This document shows, one piece after another, positions 10,470 to 21,619 of a stretch of 64,000 nucleotides of DNA. Made by a program: the position numbers and the translations under genes. Each line of letters starts with the position of its first letter. Position 1 is the stretch's first letter. The notes beneath the pieces are model-generated. The model ran no database searches. It saw nothing but the letters and a program-made list of their open reading frames with translations, and was not told where the DNA came from. Source of the stretch: Octopus bimaculoides (Eukaryota); contig NC_068989.1 of NCBI RefSeq assembly GCF_001194135.2, forward strand, positions 25,413,632-25,477,631, read 5' to 3'.

Positions 10470-11410
10470 ACTTATCGAAAATGTGATGCACCCACAAACA
10501 TTTAAGAAACAAGATAACAAGAAGGAGTGATCAACTGGTAACTGAAACCAGTGTATGGGCAATACCTCAGGAAAAGACAAGATCAACTCTTGGAGATGGC
10601 TAAGAAAAAGTGATCTGAAAGTATATAGTGAGACATTGATATCCAGCGCCCAGGAACAAACTCTGAGAACTAATTGCACCAAGTTCCAAATATATAAGAG
10701 TAGTGAATCACCCCTTTGTAGCATGTGTGGCAGCAGAAACGAAACAGTTTCACATATTGTGAGTGTGTGTAACAAGCTGTCCCCCAAAAAACTACAAAAG
10801 GAGGTACGATAATATGGCTAAGTTCGTCCACTGGAAGCTATGTGAAAAGTTAGGCCTGAACATAGCAGGGGAATTGTACGAATAAGAAACAGAAGGAGGC
10901 GCAGAGAACAAGGAACATAAAGTACTGTGAAATTTTACAATCCAGTGTGACTCCCTAATGGAGGCTCGGAAATCAGATATTGTTGCGGTAGATAAAGCTG
11001 AAAAGGAAATCGAAATTATAGATATAGCAATACCTGGAAAAGCACGCATATGTAGCAAAGAACTACAAAAAATTGAAAAGTATAGCCTATTAAAAGACCA
11101 AATTTCAAAAATGTGGACTATGAGGAAAGTGTCTGTTATTCCAGTAGTTGTAGGGGCACTCAGAGTACTAACAACCAAGCTGGAGAAATATGGCAAAGAC
11201 ATCGGAATTGACATGAGAGCAATGCAAGCACCCCAAAACTGCTCTGCTGGAGAGAGCTTGGATTTTGAGATTGGTACTTGGATGTTGAATGTCTCCCACG
11301 ATAATTATCTACCAATCATCAAATCTTATGATATGCAGAAAGAGACCCCCTGAGACCTCTGATACCAGGCTGCTATCTATTAGAACAAACAAAACCGAAC
11401 GTTCTGAGAA
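10470..11410 (+). mobile_element. R4/Dong-like (REL-endonuclease) non-LTR retrotransposon, 3' fragment
   Basis: ETLISSAQEQTLRTN…PLCSMCGSRNETVSHIVSVCNKL (CCHC), WNFTIQCD…RKSDIVAVDK…IIDIAIPG…EKYSLLKDQISKMW…IPVVVGAL (PD-D/ExK REL domain). Followed by an (AAC)n tract. Confidence 0.85.
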
Positions 11411-11769
11411 GTAAAACGATAACAACAACAACAATAACAACAGCAACAACAACAGCAACAGCATCAGCAGCAACAACAACAACAATAATATTAAAGCTTG
11501 AACTTTTGATACATGCCCAATAGTTTCAGACGAAGTGTGAGTCAATTCTGTAATGGACCAGAAATGATGACTGAAAACTAATTTCAGCTGGATTTGATTT
11601 CAGTAAGTAACCGTTACAATTACCGAAGATCATCATTTTACTTCTTAAAACTTGCTGGGATTTGCCAATATTAGTACAAAAACACTAATTATACAGGTAT
11701 AGGTTATTGGATGTCATCAACTCCACCAGATTTTAAATGGGACTTTATCACTGTGTCCCTGACAATGAT

Positions 11770-11850
11770 AGAGAAATTTGACCTCAACGGGATTTGAACT
11801 CAGTACATAGAGAGTTTTGCTCGAAGCTATTTCACCACCAATCTATCTAG
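11770..11850 (-). mobile_element. Short degraded SINE-B head fragment
   Basis: gacctcaacgggatttgaactcag is the reverse complement of the SINE-B B-box/core junction. Confidence 0.4.
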
Positions 11851-11904
11851 CCTTCTTGTTCTTGTTCTTGTTCTTGTTCTTCTTCTTCTTTCGCCGCCGC
11901 CACC

Positions 11905-11932
11905 GCTGCTACTGCTGTTGCTACTGCTGCTG

Positions 11933-11998
<66 letters not shown>
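11905..11998. repeat. (TGC)/(TAC)n microsatellite
   Basis: Read directly. Confidence 0.9.
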
Positions 11999-12001
<3 letters not shown>

Positions 12002-13329
12002 TCAGTGAAAAAATAACAATAATATCACTTCATAGTCGATATAGTCAAAACAAAATGAATTGAATAAAAGATCTAGGAACTCATCACAATTCATAATAAA
12101 TGTCGCCGTACAAAAATTTTATATCGCGCCTTCTATTTACGAAGGCGGAAATAAAGAGGGATTTGTCTAAATGAAGACGACAATAACAGTGCTCCAATTT
12201 GGGGTTTACAATCTATATATTGAGAAGTATAGAAATATATTTATATGCAGAACATTGTTTATGAAGAAATAGTCACGCTTAATGCTACAAGCTTACTTCA
12301 TGTAAGAAGAGATCACTGAATGTGTGAAAATTTTCAAAAATAGGAAGAAGAATAATATAACAAATGGCTGAAAAGATATTCTCTTGTCAATCTTTTTACG
12401 AATTCTAAAGTCTTGTTTGTGGCGGAAGGATGTGAGCATGAAACAAGAAAGGAAATCACTAATAATAGCCGCTCTTGGACAGGTTATTTGAATGAATTTG
12501 ATGAAGGCAAATTGATAAACGTTTGGCAGCAAATACAGAATGTGTTACAAAACATAGCAAACTATTAACCATCTGTTAAATGAGTGTTATAAGCTAGAAC
12601 AAAAAGGTTATAAAATCAGGCAAGACTGTGTCGATAGAAAGAAATACGTTGGAATATTGGAAGCAGGGCAGGGGTCTGTGCCGTAAGGGTGCAACAACAC
12701 AAGCCTCGGGCTATTATTTTAAATGACATTTACAAGACTTTATGGTATGTTCCCTAATCGGCTGATTACATTACTGAAGCAAGGCCACCAAATCTGACGG
12801 TAAAGAACGCAAAGAACAATTTGTGAAAGTTTATTGCCTTTGCAGCCCCGTGTGACAGTAGAGTGGACAGCATGGGAGCTGTGAAAATTCAGGCGTATTA
12901 GGAACTTTTCAAATGAAGAGGAACACGTTCCTGTGGCAACTGGTGCATCCCGCAAAACACCGAGACTGTTAACTATCAGGCAGAAGAATGATAAAATTTA
13001 CACACACATTGTCAACTTGCAAAACTGTGTTCGACAATAAACTGCAAGAGGCTTGAAAGGTTCTTAAACCTCGTTCAGAAGGTAAATGTCGTCGTTATCG
13101 TCATCTTCATCGGCTTTGTCTCGTACACGAGAAATTATTTTCTTTGCTGAACGCTTCCTCTATAGTGATACCCTTGCTGACTTTGTAGATTAATTCATAC
13201 ATAGAAGAGTCGATAGCATTGACTGCATGGTACTGTTGGTGGAGGATGAGGTTGATATTGTCATCTTTCTCTCCTGTCGCTGGATGTTTTCATTCCCTCC
13301 TCTGGTGTCTTCGAAATGTTTCGTTCCAA

Positions 13330-14128
13330 GGGAGAAAGGACACTGCTACTTGGTCTCCGGCCCAAGTATTTTCTTCCGACATCCTCTAAGCGAGCATAAA
13401 AAATAGAATTGCACGAGTATCGTTAAAAGAGTATATTGGAATGTGTGCCTACAACGTATATTTAAAGGAACGAATGAGGGGTATGAATACGAACCAGAGT
13501 CTATTATTGTGGACTTGCTGAAAATGCCACCTTTTTTCTGCAAGAATTCTAAGAAAGATTCCTACTGAATAAATCTCATTGAAAGATTTAGAAATGTATT
13601 ATTTCTAAAAAAAAAAAAGGTTCCTAAGATTTGTGGAAACAAGTCTTCATCAATTCTCGGGATATCCTTAAAGAACAGCTGCAAGAGAGGTAAGCCCTGT
13701 TCACTGTCAACAACACGAGTAAAGTGAATTCCATCAGAAATCGTAAGAGAAATGTTATGATTTATACAGAAGGTGGAACATGTAAAGATTCCCATTTGGT
13801 GTACGCTGCAGAATGCACAAAACACAACTTGATTTATGTTGGTTGTACAACAGAATGATTAAATAAAAGGTTTAATGGGCACAGATTCGACGTCAGGCCC
13901 AATTACGGTAGTTCGACAGAACTTACTGAACATTTCGTTTCAAGCAGCTGCAATTTTGAAGAAGACTTGAAAGTGCATATTCTCAGAAATTATTCTGAAT
14001 TTGCCCCACTTTCGCTTCTCAGAATGTATGAGGAGAAATATGTTTGTGGGTTATTAACATCACGCCCTGGAGGAATGAATAAGATGACAGGAGAATATCA
14101 TCAAATTTATACAAAACTGTTTGATTAA
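13330..14128 (+). mobile_element. Penelope-like element, C-terminal GIY-YIG endonuclease fragment
   Basis: GGTCKDSHLVYAAECTKHNLIYVGCTTE*LNKRFNGHRFD…STELTEHF…DLKVHIL…YEEKYVCGLLTSRPGGMNK…KLFD* (stop 14126-14128). This is the typical PLE GIY-YIG pattern. Confidence 0.85.
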
Positions 14129-15140
14129 ATATTCTTCTTTCTCTCTTTTCCTTTCCTTCTTTTCAGTCGTCTTCTTTTTTCTATTTTTTCTGTCTTTTTT
14201 CTTTACGCCCCTTATTAAATTGTAACTTAAAAACTGNNNNNNNNNNNNNNNNNNNNNNNNNNNNNNNNNNNNNNNNNNNNNNNNNNNNNNNNNNNNNNNN
14301 NNNNNNNNNNNNNNNNNNNNNNNNNNNNNNNNNNNNNNNNNNNNNNNNNNNNNNNNNNNNNNNNNNNNNNNNNNNNNNNNNNNNNNNNNNNNNNNNNNNN
14401 NNNNNNNNNNNNNNNNNNNNNNNNNNNNNNNNNNNNNNNNNNNNNNNNNNNNNNNNNNNNNNNNNNNNNNNNNNNNNNNNNNNNNNNNNNNNNNNNNNNN
14501 NNNNNNNNNNNNNNNNNNNNNNNNNNNNNNNNNNNNNNNNNNNNNNNNNNNNNNNNNNNNNNNNNNNNNNNNNNNNNNNNNNNNNNNNNNNNNNNNNNNN
14601 NNNNNNNNNNNNNNNNNNNNNNNNNNNNNNNNNNNNNNNNNNNNNNNNNNNNNNNNNNNNNNNNNNNNNNNNNNNNNNNNNNNNNNNNNNNNNNNNNNNN
14701 NNNNNNNNNNNNNNNNNNNNNNNNNNNNNNNNNNNNNNNNNNNNNNNNNNNNNNNNNNNNNNNNNNNNNNNNNNNNNNNNNNNNNNNNNNNNNNNNNNNN
14801 NNNNNNNNNNNNNNNNNNNNNNNNNNNNNNNNNNNNNNNNNNNNNNNNNNNNNNNNNNNNNNNNNNNNNNNNNNNNNNNNNNNNNNNNNNNNNNNNNNNN
14901 NNNNNNNNNNNNNNNNNNNNNNNNNNNNNNNNNNNNNNNNNNNNNNNNNNNNNNNNNNNNNNNNNNNNNNNNNNNNNNNNNNNNNNNNNNNNNNNNNNNN
15001 NNNNNNNNNNNNNNNNNNNNNNNNNNNNNNNNNNNNNNNNNNNNNNNNNNNNNNNNNNNNNNNNNNNNNNNNNNNNNNNNNNNNNNNNNNNNNNNNNNNN
15101 NNNNNNNNNNNNNNNNNNNNNNNNNNNNNNNNNNNNNNNN

Positions 15141-15302
15141 CAGGACTGGGCAGCCAGAGATAATATGATTTATTGTTTCTTGTCGATCTCCACATATTCT
15201 ACAGTTACTTGTTATATTTCTTTTCATTATGTGTTTTTGGTAATTTCTGGTGGGGAGGCTTTGGTCTTGTGCAGCAATTAAAAATCCTTCAGTCTCTGCT
15301 TT
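15141..15302 (-). mobile_element. R4/Dong-like fragment (CCHC region), cut by an assembly gap
   Basis: KAETEGFLIAAQDQSLPTRNYQKHIMKRNITSNCRICGDRQETINHIISGCPVL. Confidence 0.85.
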
Positions 15303-15303
15303 G

Positions 15304-15322
15304 ATTATTATTATTATTATTA

Positions 15323-15359
<37 letters not shown>

Positions 15360-15370
15360 GATTATTATTC
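15304..15370. repeat. (TTA)n tract, i.e. the (TAA)n tail/target of the adjacent minus-strand R4/Dong-like copy
   Basis: Read directly; abuts the element 3' end. Confidence 0.9.
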
Positions 15371-16840
15371 AGTAGGCTTATTTTTATCACGTACTTTCAC
15401 TGCACTACCGAGCACAGCTGTGAGTTCCTTGGGTATGTGTTGTGGTTTGTTGCGGTGCTCTTATTTTCACTGTATTGAAATTGTTTTACGTAGGATATGT
15501 ATGCTGTCTAGTAATGCTATTTTCTGTATGTTATATATACTTGTAAGTCCTTGTTTTTTGTTATGTATTTGTCTGAGTTTAAAAAAAAAATCATACCTAA
15601 TGCGCATATTATGATAGGAATTGTTTTGTTTTTAGGCTTCGCATTCGTGATACCATTATTTCTAGATCTTTGTATTTTGAAAGTTTCTCCGTTCCTTTTA
15701 GAGAAACATTGCCATCTGTTGGTATTGATACATCGATTAGAAAGCCTCTTTTTTCTTGGTGATCTCTGATAACTATATCCAACTTATTGGCCTTAATTTC
15801 TCTATCTGTGTGTATTGGCACATCCCAAAGTATAGTTGCTTTCCCATTTACTGCGACCTTTTCTGGCATGTGCCGATGCCATCTTTTTTCTGCTGTTATT
15901 CCATAGTTTTGGTATAACTTTCAGTGTATATAAGTCCGAACTGTGTCATGTCTTTGAATATATTCCTTCTTAACCAGGACTGGGCAGCCAGAGATAATAT
16001 GATTTATTGTTTCTTCTCCATCACCACATATTCTGCAGTTATTTGTATTTCTTTCCATTACATGTTTTTGGTGATTTCTCGTGGGAAGCCTTTGATACTG
16101 AGCTGCAATTAAAATTCCTTCAGTCTCGGCTTTGACCCCTGAGTTTCTCAGCCATTGTTGGGATTTTTCGTAGTATGATTTCTTTTTTGTATTTGTCAGC
16201 TTCTTTAAAGACTGAACACAGTTTTTTGTTTTGTTCGTGATTTGTAGCTATTTGTATTAGTTTTCCTTGATTCTGAAGTAAGTATTTCTGTAGTCCTATG
16301 GTGTTTGTTATAGTTTCTTTTAGCTGTATAAGAACTCTACCACCTTCGACAAGTTGTATGTCACATTTGGGTGGTGCATCCTAAATCTATTTATTATTTT
16401 TCTTGTTTCCTTGTTTATGTTAGAGTCCGATTAAGAATATTGTAGCTGTAACATATAACTGGAACGACACCTATTATCTAGTTTTTCGAATTGGCTCTGT
16501 TTCGATATTAATCTAAATCTTCTATATTATTCCTTTCGTATCTTCTCTTTCGTATGCTTGTGTTGTATTGTATCTCGTTTACTGATTCCTAAGTATTTGT
16601 ATGCATGGTTTTGGTTTAATCCCCTTATTCCAGTTGCTTTATCTAGTGTGATGTTGTTACGCTTAGTTTGTTTTACCTCTTTTCAATGTTACTTTGGCAC
16701 ATTTTACTAAGCCAAATTTCATGTTTATTTCTTTGATAAATCTATGTCCTGTCTGTAGTAATGTTTCTAGCTGTTTATGATTTTTAACATACAGTTTTAG
16801 ATCAAGAGAGGTTTGATTGTTTTGCCGTAACAGTTGTAGT
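15371..16840 (-). mobile_element. R4/Dong-like LINE, deleted copy (RT remnants, CCHC, REL, 3' end)
   Basis: REL motif ATILWDVPIHTDREIKANKLDIVIRDHQEKRGFLIDVSIPTD…KLSKYKDLEI, CCHC region ~15900-16140, RT remnant GLVKCAKVTLKRGK ~16680-16720, and a C-terminal IQKIAL-type segment and 3' UTR ending at the (TAA)n. Confidence 0.8.
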
Positions 16841-16859
16841 CACATCCAGTCCTGTTACA

Positions 16860-17131
16860 CAATTTACACATGACGCCGGCCTTCTTCGTATGTTTCAACA
16901 ATGGCTCCACGGCATTGTTTTACATACCATCCCAAGCTGCAGTTCTATATTTAAGAGATGAGGAATTATGTACATTATTTACATTTGACGGATATTAGTA
17001 GCCCGCGCCGTTAACCACTATGCCATATACCGTGACTACATATGGCATATGGTTAAGAGTTACTAACCCCAATATTCCGAGTTCGATTCCAGGCAGTGAC
17101 CTGAATAATAATAATAATAAAAATAAAAATG

Positions 17132-17195
<64 letters not shown>

Positions 17196-17348
17196 TAACA
17201 TCGAAAAAATACCTTAGGAATGAGAATCCAGGTTTGACATTTCCCCAAGGCACCTGATGAAGGGTGGAGAGTATATCAGCCGAAAAGTTGTGTTAACAAC
17301 AAACAAGATGAGGACAAATATCTGTCAAATGTAAATAATGTAAATAAT
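16860..17348. mobile_element. tRNA-headed, hammerhead-bearing repeat in inverted (head-to-head) dimer arrangement
   Basis: Outer inverted repeat 16971-16996 vs 17317-17342 (25/26) and inner inverted repeat atgccatat/atatggcat (17020-17028/17040-17048). B-box gttcgattcc at 17081-17090, A-box-like tggcatagtgg on the minus arm, internal (AAT)n, then a hammerhead motif. Confidence 0.75.
17249..17294 (+). ncRNA. Minimal type-I hammerhead ribozyme motif (PLE-type)
   Basis: Stem I GGCAC (17249-53)/GTGTT (17290-94); core CTGATGA (17254-60); stem II ggGtg…cagcc (one mismatch); GAAA (17282-85). Stem III is degenerate (AAGT instead of palindromic ACGT), so this copy is probably inactive. Confidence 0.65.
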
Positions 17349-17990
17349 CCACCCTAAGCTGTTTTCTTCTGCCTCGATATAGTTCTGGGAATTGATTAAC
17401 CCTCTCCCAACCTTTCTTCTGGACAAGTACAGTCTATCCATGTCACTTCTTAGTGTTGAAGACTCCGTGTACTCTCATCTTTTTTCTGGCTTCGTTATCG
17501 ATTTTCATCATTTCTCACTTTTGCCATTTTATAATTACCTGCTTGGATCTTATTCCATCCGATCAATTTTGAATGCAACACCAAACTTTGTCTTCGGAAA
17601 TATGCCGAGTTGTTTTTTCATTTCGTTCTCCTTTATCTCGTCGAACTCTAGTACATCAAGGTACTTGTATCCTTGCGTTTCAACTTGTTTAATCAAGTCT
17701 CTATTCGGTAATTCTATCCCTGTTAGGAACTGTACTTTGCTTCTGTTTAGGTAGATTATTCTGCAAATCCAAGTTATCCGAGTTCCATTCTAATATCAGC
17801 ACTAAAACAGTGGACCGTGTTCCCCAAGTAACTTACTTGTGCCTCATCCTTGCCATACAGTTTCAACTCATTTATGAAGTGGAGGTGGCTGATAGTTTAG
17901 GATTTCCCATTAGGTGTACCTCAGATTCATTTTTCTAAGTACAAAGGCCAGGGATATCATAAAGAGAACAAAAAGCAACTGAGATATGCT
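17349..17990 (-). mobile_element. R4/Dong-like RT/thumb fragment
   Basis: Minus translation includes GYKYLDVLEFDEIKENEMK and …DMDRLYLSRRKVGRGLI. Confidence 0.75.
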
Positions 17991-18041
17991 ATAACCTTGG
18001 AACCCAGGGTGCCCAAGCATTTCCGTAATTGCCAGTTCAGC

Positions 18042-18073
<32 letters not shown>

Positions 18074-18093
18074 ATTATTATTATTATTATTAT

Positions 18094-18490
18094 TATTATT
18101 GAGTGAGAGGGCAGTGCATGCCATCAAAGTGACACTGAGGTAAAACATACAAAGCCCATTATACCCATCATGACTACCCGTCTGATAAGGGTACACCAGG
18201 CACATGCATCACAACCATATGCGCGCGTCATGGTAATCTTATATCAACACATGGCTATGATGCTCCCCCACGACTTCTGCTCATGATCAGAGACGCACAT
18301 ATCGTCAGCCACCAAGGGACATCCTCAACTGTTTAAGGTCAAACAACTGACAAACAAATCTGTGGCATTGAGCAGAATATTTATTGTAGCCCATCTTTTA
18401 TACCAAGACAAAACAATGTACATGATAACACTTCCAATTAATTAAGATCAGAAACCATGAGAGCCACTGCCTGGTACTGCATCGGACATT
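18094..18490 (-). mobile_element. 3' UTR-type fragment of an R4/Dong-associated repeat
   Basis: Homologous to 19795-20130, which is contiguous with an R4-like C-terminus. Bounded on the left by (ATT)n. Confidence 0.65.
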
Positions 18491-18572
18491 TCTTCTTCTT
18501 GTTCTTCTTCTTCTTCTTCTTCTTCTTCTTCTTCTTCTTCTTCTTCTTCTTCTTCTTCTTCTTCTTCTTCTT

Positions 18573-18637
<65 letters not shown>

Positions 18638-18660
18638 CATCATCATTATTATTATTATTA
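18490..18660. repeat. Compound (CTT)n-(ATT)n microsatellite
   Basis: Read directly. Confidence 0.95.
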
Positions 18661-19545
18661 TTCAGTTATCGTATTTTTATCACGTATTTTCATTGCACTA
18701 TCGAGCGCAGCTCTGTTTGCCTTGGTTATGTGCTATGGGTTTGTTGTGCTCTTATTTTCACTGTATCGAAAGTGTTTTACGTAGGATGTGTGCGGTGCCT
18801 AGTAGTGCTATTTTCTCTATGTTATATATACTTGTAAGTCCCAACTCTGTCGTGTCTGTGAATATATTCCTTCTTAGCTAGGACTGGCCAGACAGAGACA
18901 ATATAATTTATTGTTTCTTCTCCATCACCACATATCCTGCAGTTACTGGCTTTATTTCTTTTCATTACGTGTTTTTGGTTATTTCTGCTGGCAACGCTTT
19001 GATCGTGTTCTGCAATTAAAAAATCTTTCATTCTCTGCTTTCAGTCCTCAGCTTCACAGCCATTGTTGGGTTTTCATTTTGTCTATTTCTTTTCTGTTTA
19101 GCTTAACCCAATATTTGCCATTGCTTTATCATGATCCGTTTCTATTCCAGGTTTAGTTTGGATTTCAGTTATTTTACAGTTTTTATTGTTTCTTCTTTTC
19201 TTCATAGTTGTTAAGTACTATGACGTCTTTGTATCTGTCAGCTTCCTTAAATACTGAAAGAAGATTTTTTGTTTTGTTCATGTACTGGGGCTATTTGTAT
19301 TAGTTTTCCTTGCTTCTGAAGCAGGTATATTTGTAGTCTTATGGTGGTTATTTTGTAATAATTTTGTCCCTTGTATATGGCCTCTACCACCTACGATACA
19401 TTGTATATATATGGCGTTTCTATGTCAGATTTTGGGTGGCGTATCCTAAATACTATCACCATTTTCCTTTTCCTGTCTATTTTGATTCGTTCATTTAGTG
19501 TCCAGTTAAGAATATTGTAGCTATAGTTTGTAACTGGGAAGGAGT
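18661..19545 (-). mobile_element. R4/Dong-like deleted copy (3' end plus CCHC region)
   Basis: KDFLIAEHDQSVASRNNQKHVMKRNKASNCRICGDGEETINYIVSVWPVLAKKEYIHRHDRVG. The 3' end is near-identical in layout to 15371-15550. Confidence 0.8.
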
Positions 19546-19555
19546 GTTGTTACCT

Positions 19556-19568
19556 ATTATTATTATTA

Positions 19569-19627
<59 letters not shown>

Positions 19628-19718
19628 GTTGTTGTTATTGTTTTTGTTGTTGTTGTTGTTATTATTATTATTATCATTATTGCTGCATGTTCTTCTTCTT
19701 CTTCTTCTTCTTCTTCTT

Positions 19719-19777
<59 letters not shown>

Positions 19778-19794
19778 TATCATCATCATCATTA
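19556..19794. repeat. Compound (ATT)/(GTT)/(CTT)/(CAT)n microsatellite
   Basis: Read directly. Confidence 0.95.
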
Positions 19795-21250
19795 TGAGTG
19801 AGAGAACAGTGCATGCTAACAAAATGACACTGGAGTAAAATTTACGAAGGCCAATATACCCATGATGACAACCTATCTAATAAGGGTATATCAGGTACAT
19901 GCATCACAACCATAATAGTTGTGTAAGCATGTTGAAAGACATAGCCATATTCCCAGGGCTGTATTATTCTAATCCCCAAAATTACTCTCAACACATCGCT
20001 CTGATGATTCTCAACTGCTTCTGCCCGTCATCAGTGATGCAAATATCGTCAGTCACGAAGAGACATGTTCAAATGGTTAAGCTCAACTGACAACAAATCT
20101 GTGGTGTTGAACAGAAAATTAGCTGTAGCACATATGATTATTATTGTATGTTTGACTTTTGCTTTGTATTTGTACAATTTGACTCCAAGTCTCACTCAGG
20201 AACCTGAAGAGACAGCAAGCTAGAAGTTCATGTTGGTGTTATGCCAAGGGCGTTATATATTTGATTTTGCACATGGTATTGTTCAAGAGAATGTTTAGGA
20301 AAACAAGAAAATTATGAGTTTGCTTTAAAATTTGAGATTACATATTATTTTACGTAGGACATGTCAGTTCCCATGAGTACTATATTTTGAATATCTGCAA
20401 GTTTGGGGTTTCCTGCTATCTTAGTTAGGTAGGAATCAACCCCTTTTGCTATCGTTCTTAGGGCATCTATGACAACATGTATTTTTTTTATTCTTGAGGT
20501 TCCACATTTTGCCAATTTCTATTTCAAAATCTTTATACTTGCTCAGTTTTTGGTAGGTGTTGACAAATACATTTATGTCGATTGGGAGTCATATTAATGA
20601 GGAGGCATGGTTTTGTCTGAAGTCTTTCCATGTAATGTCTGGCCTATTCGCAACTATTTTTCTGTCAGTTTGAATGGTGAAGTTCCAGTAAGATGTGATC
20701 ATTTTCAAGCACCGGAGGTGGTTTGTGTTCCCACCAGTCTTTATCATGGGGCAGGTCTGGGTTTTTGCAAATTACCCAGTGAATATATTGTGCCGGTCTA
20801 TCATGACTGTTGAGATACTCTGTAGGCACAAGATGACAGCACATGGAGACAGCATGAGCAATGCTTTCATTTTGTTGTTTTCATACACAACATGTTGGTG
20901 TACTACCGTTCTTTAATATGTTGGCCTCTCCTTGTAGGTTGGCACTGATCTTGGGATGTTATAATAAACCTTTATGTTTCTGATTTTAAGCCAGAAGACA
21001 CTAGATATTAATGGATAAGAGCTTTGTCAACATCGGCATTATTATCTCTCATTGAATGGTTTTTCTTGCTACTTATCAGTAAGAATATCTAAAGCAGCAG
21101 TTTTAGCACGGGTTATCATACGCTTAGCTTTTCCCCTGCTTGTTTCCAGTACGTCTAATTCTGGAAGTTGTATTTGGAATTCACTTAGATATTCTTTTGC
21201 CTATTTTCTTACTGAGTATGATGTTTTCTTGTTTTCATTAGGTAGTTGGT
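19795..21250 (-). mobile_element. Second R4/Dong-like family, 3' part (REL domain, long 3' UTR)
   Basis: REL-domain remnants around 20400-20650 and an IQ/IVLMGT-type C-terminus ~20340-20400. The 3' UTR runs down to the trinucleotide tract. Confidence 0.7.
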
Positions 21251-21254
21251 AGCG

Positions 21255-21600
21255 ATTTACTTCACTACTTCAGGGAGTGACGATCCTGCCTGACTCGAGT
21301 CTCGGGCTCTGCTGGCTCCGGCTGACAGTAACCAGTATGGGCCCCTATCCAGGGTTACGGAAAGGAGACAACCTTCAAGGAAATCTGGAGTGAAGCCCAG
21401 TAGGCGGTTTAGTGTACGATTCGACAGTCTTTCGGCAGCTCCTGCAACCGAGCTGGTGCCAAACGTAATGCTCTGCACTCTTTTGGACTACGTCAACAAG
21501 GTCGAGAGAGGAATCCTGACAATTGGGCAACCCAGGATTTCCTTACATCTAACCTTGGCCTGCGCAAAACTGGAGAAGAAACTGGACAGGACATGAAATG
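21255..21600 (+). mobile_element. GC-richer insert resembling an RTE-clade LINE 5' UTR
   Basis: ggcagctcctgcaaccgagctggtgccaaacgta…gggcaacccagga resembles RTE/BovB-type 5' regions (recollection). It interrupts the R4-like element and has a clearly different composition. Confidence 0.5.
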
Positions 21601-21619
21601 TAAAAACCAGACTGGATTA

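Noticed and set aside
12660-13320. GC-richer stretch with a CAGGG-like start and short open frames
   Set aside because: No recognisable protein motif or second TIR; cannot be assigned.
17041-17100. Possible genuine tRNA gene
   Set aside because: The D-arm is partly deleted on this arm and no acceptor stem can be formed; it is the head of a repeat, not a tRNA.
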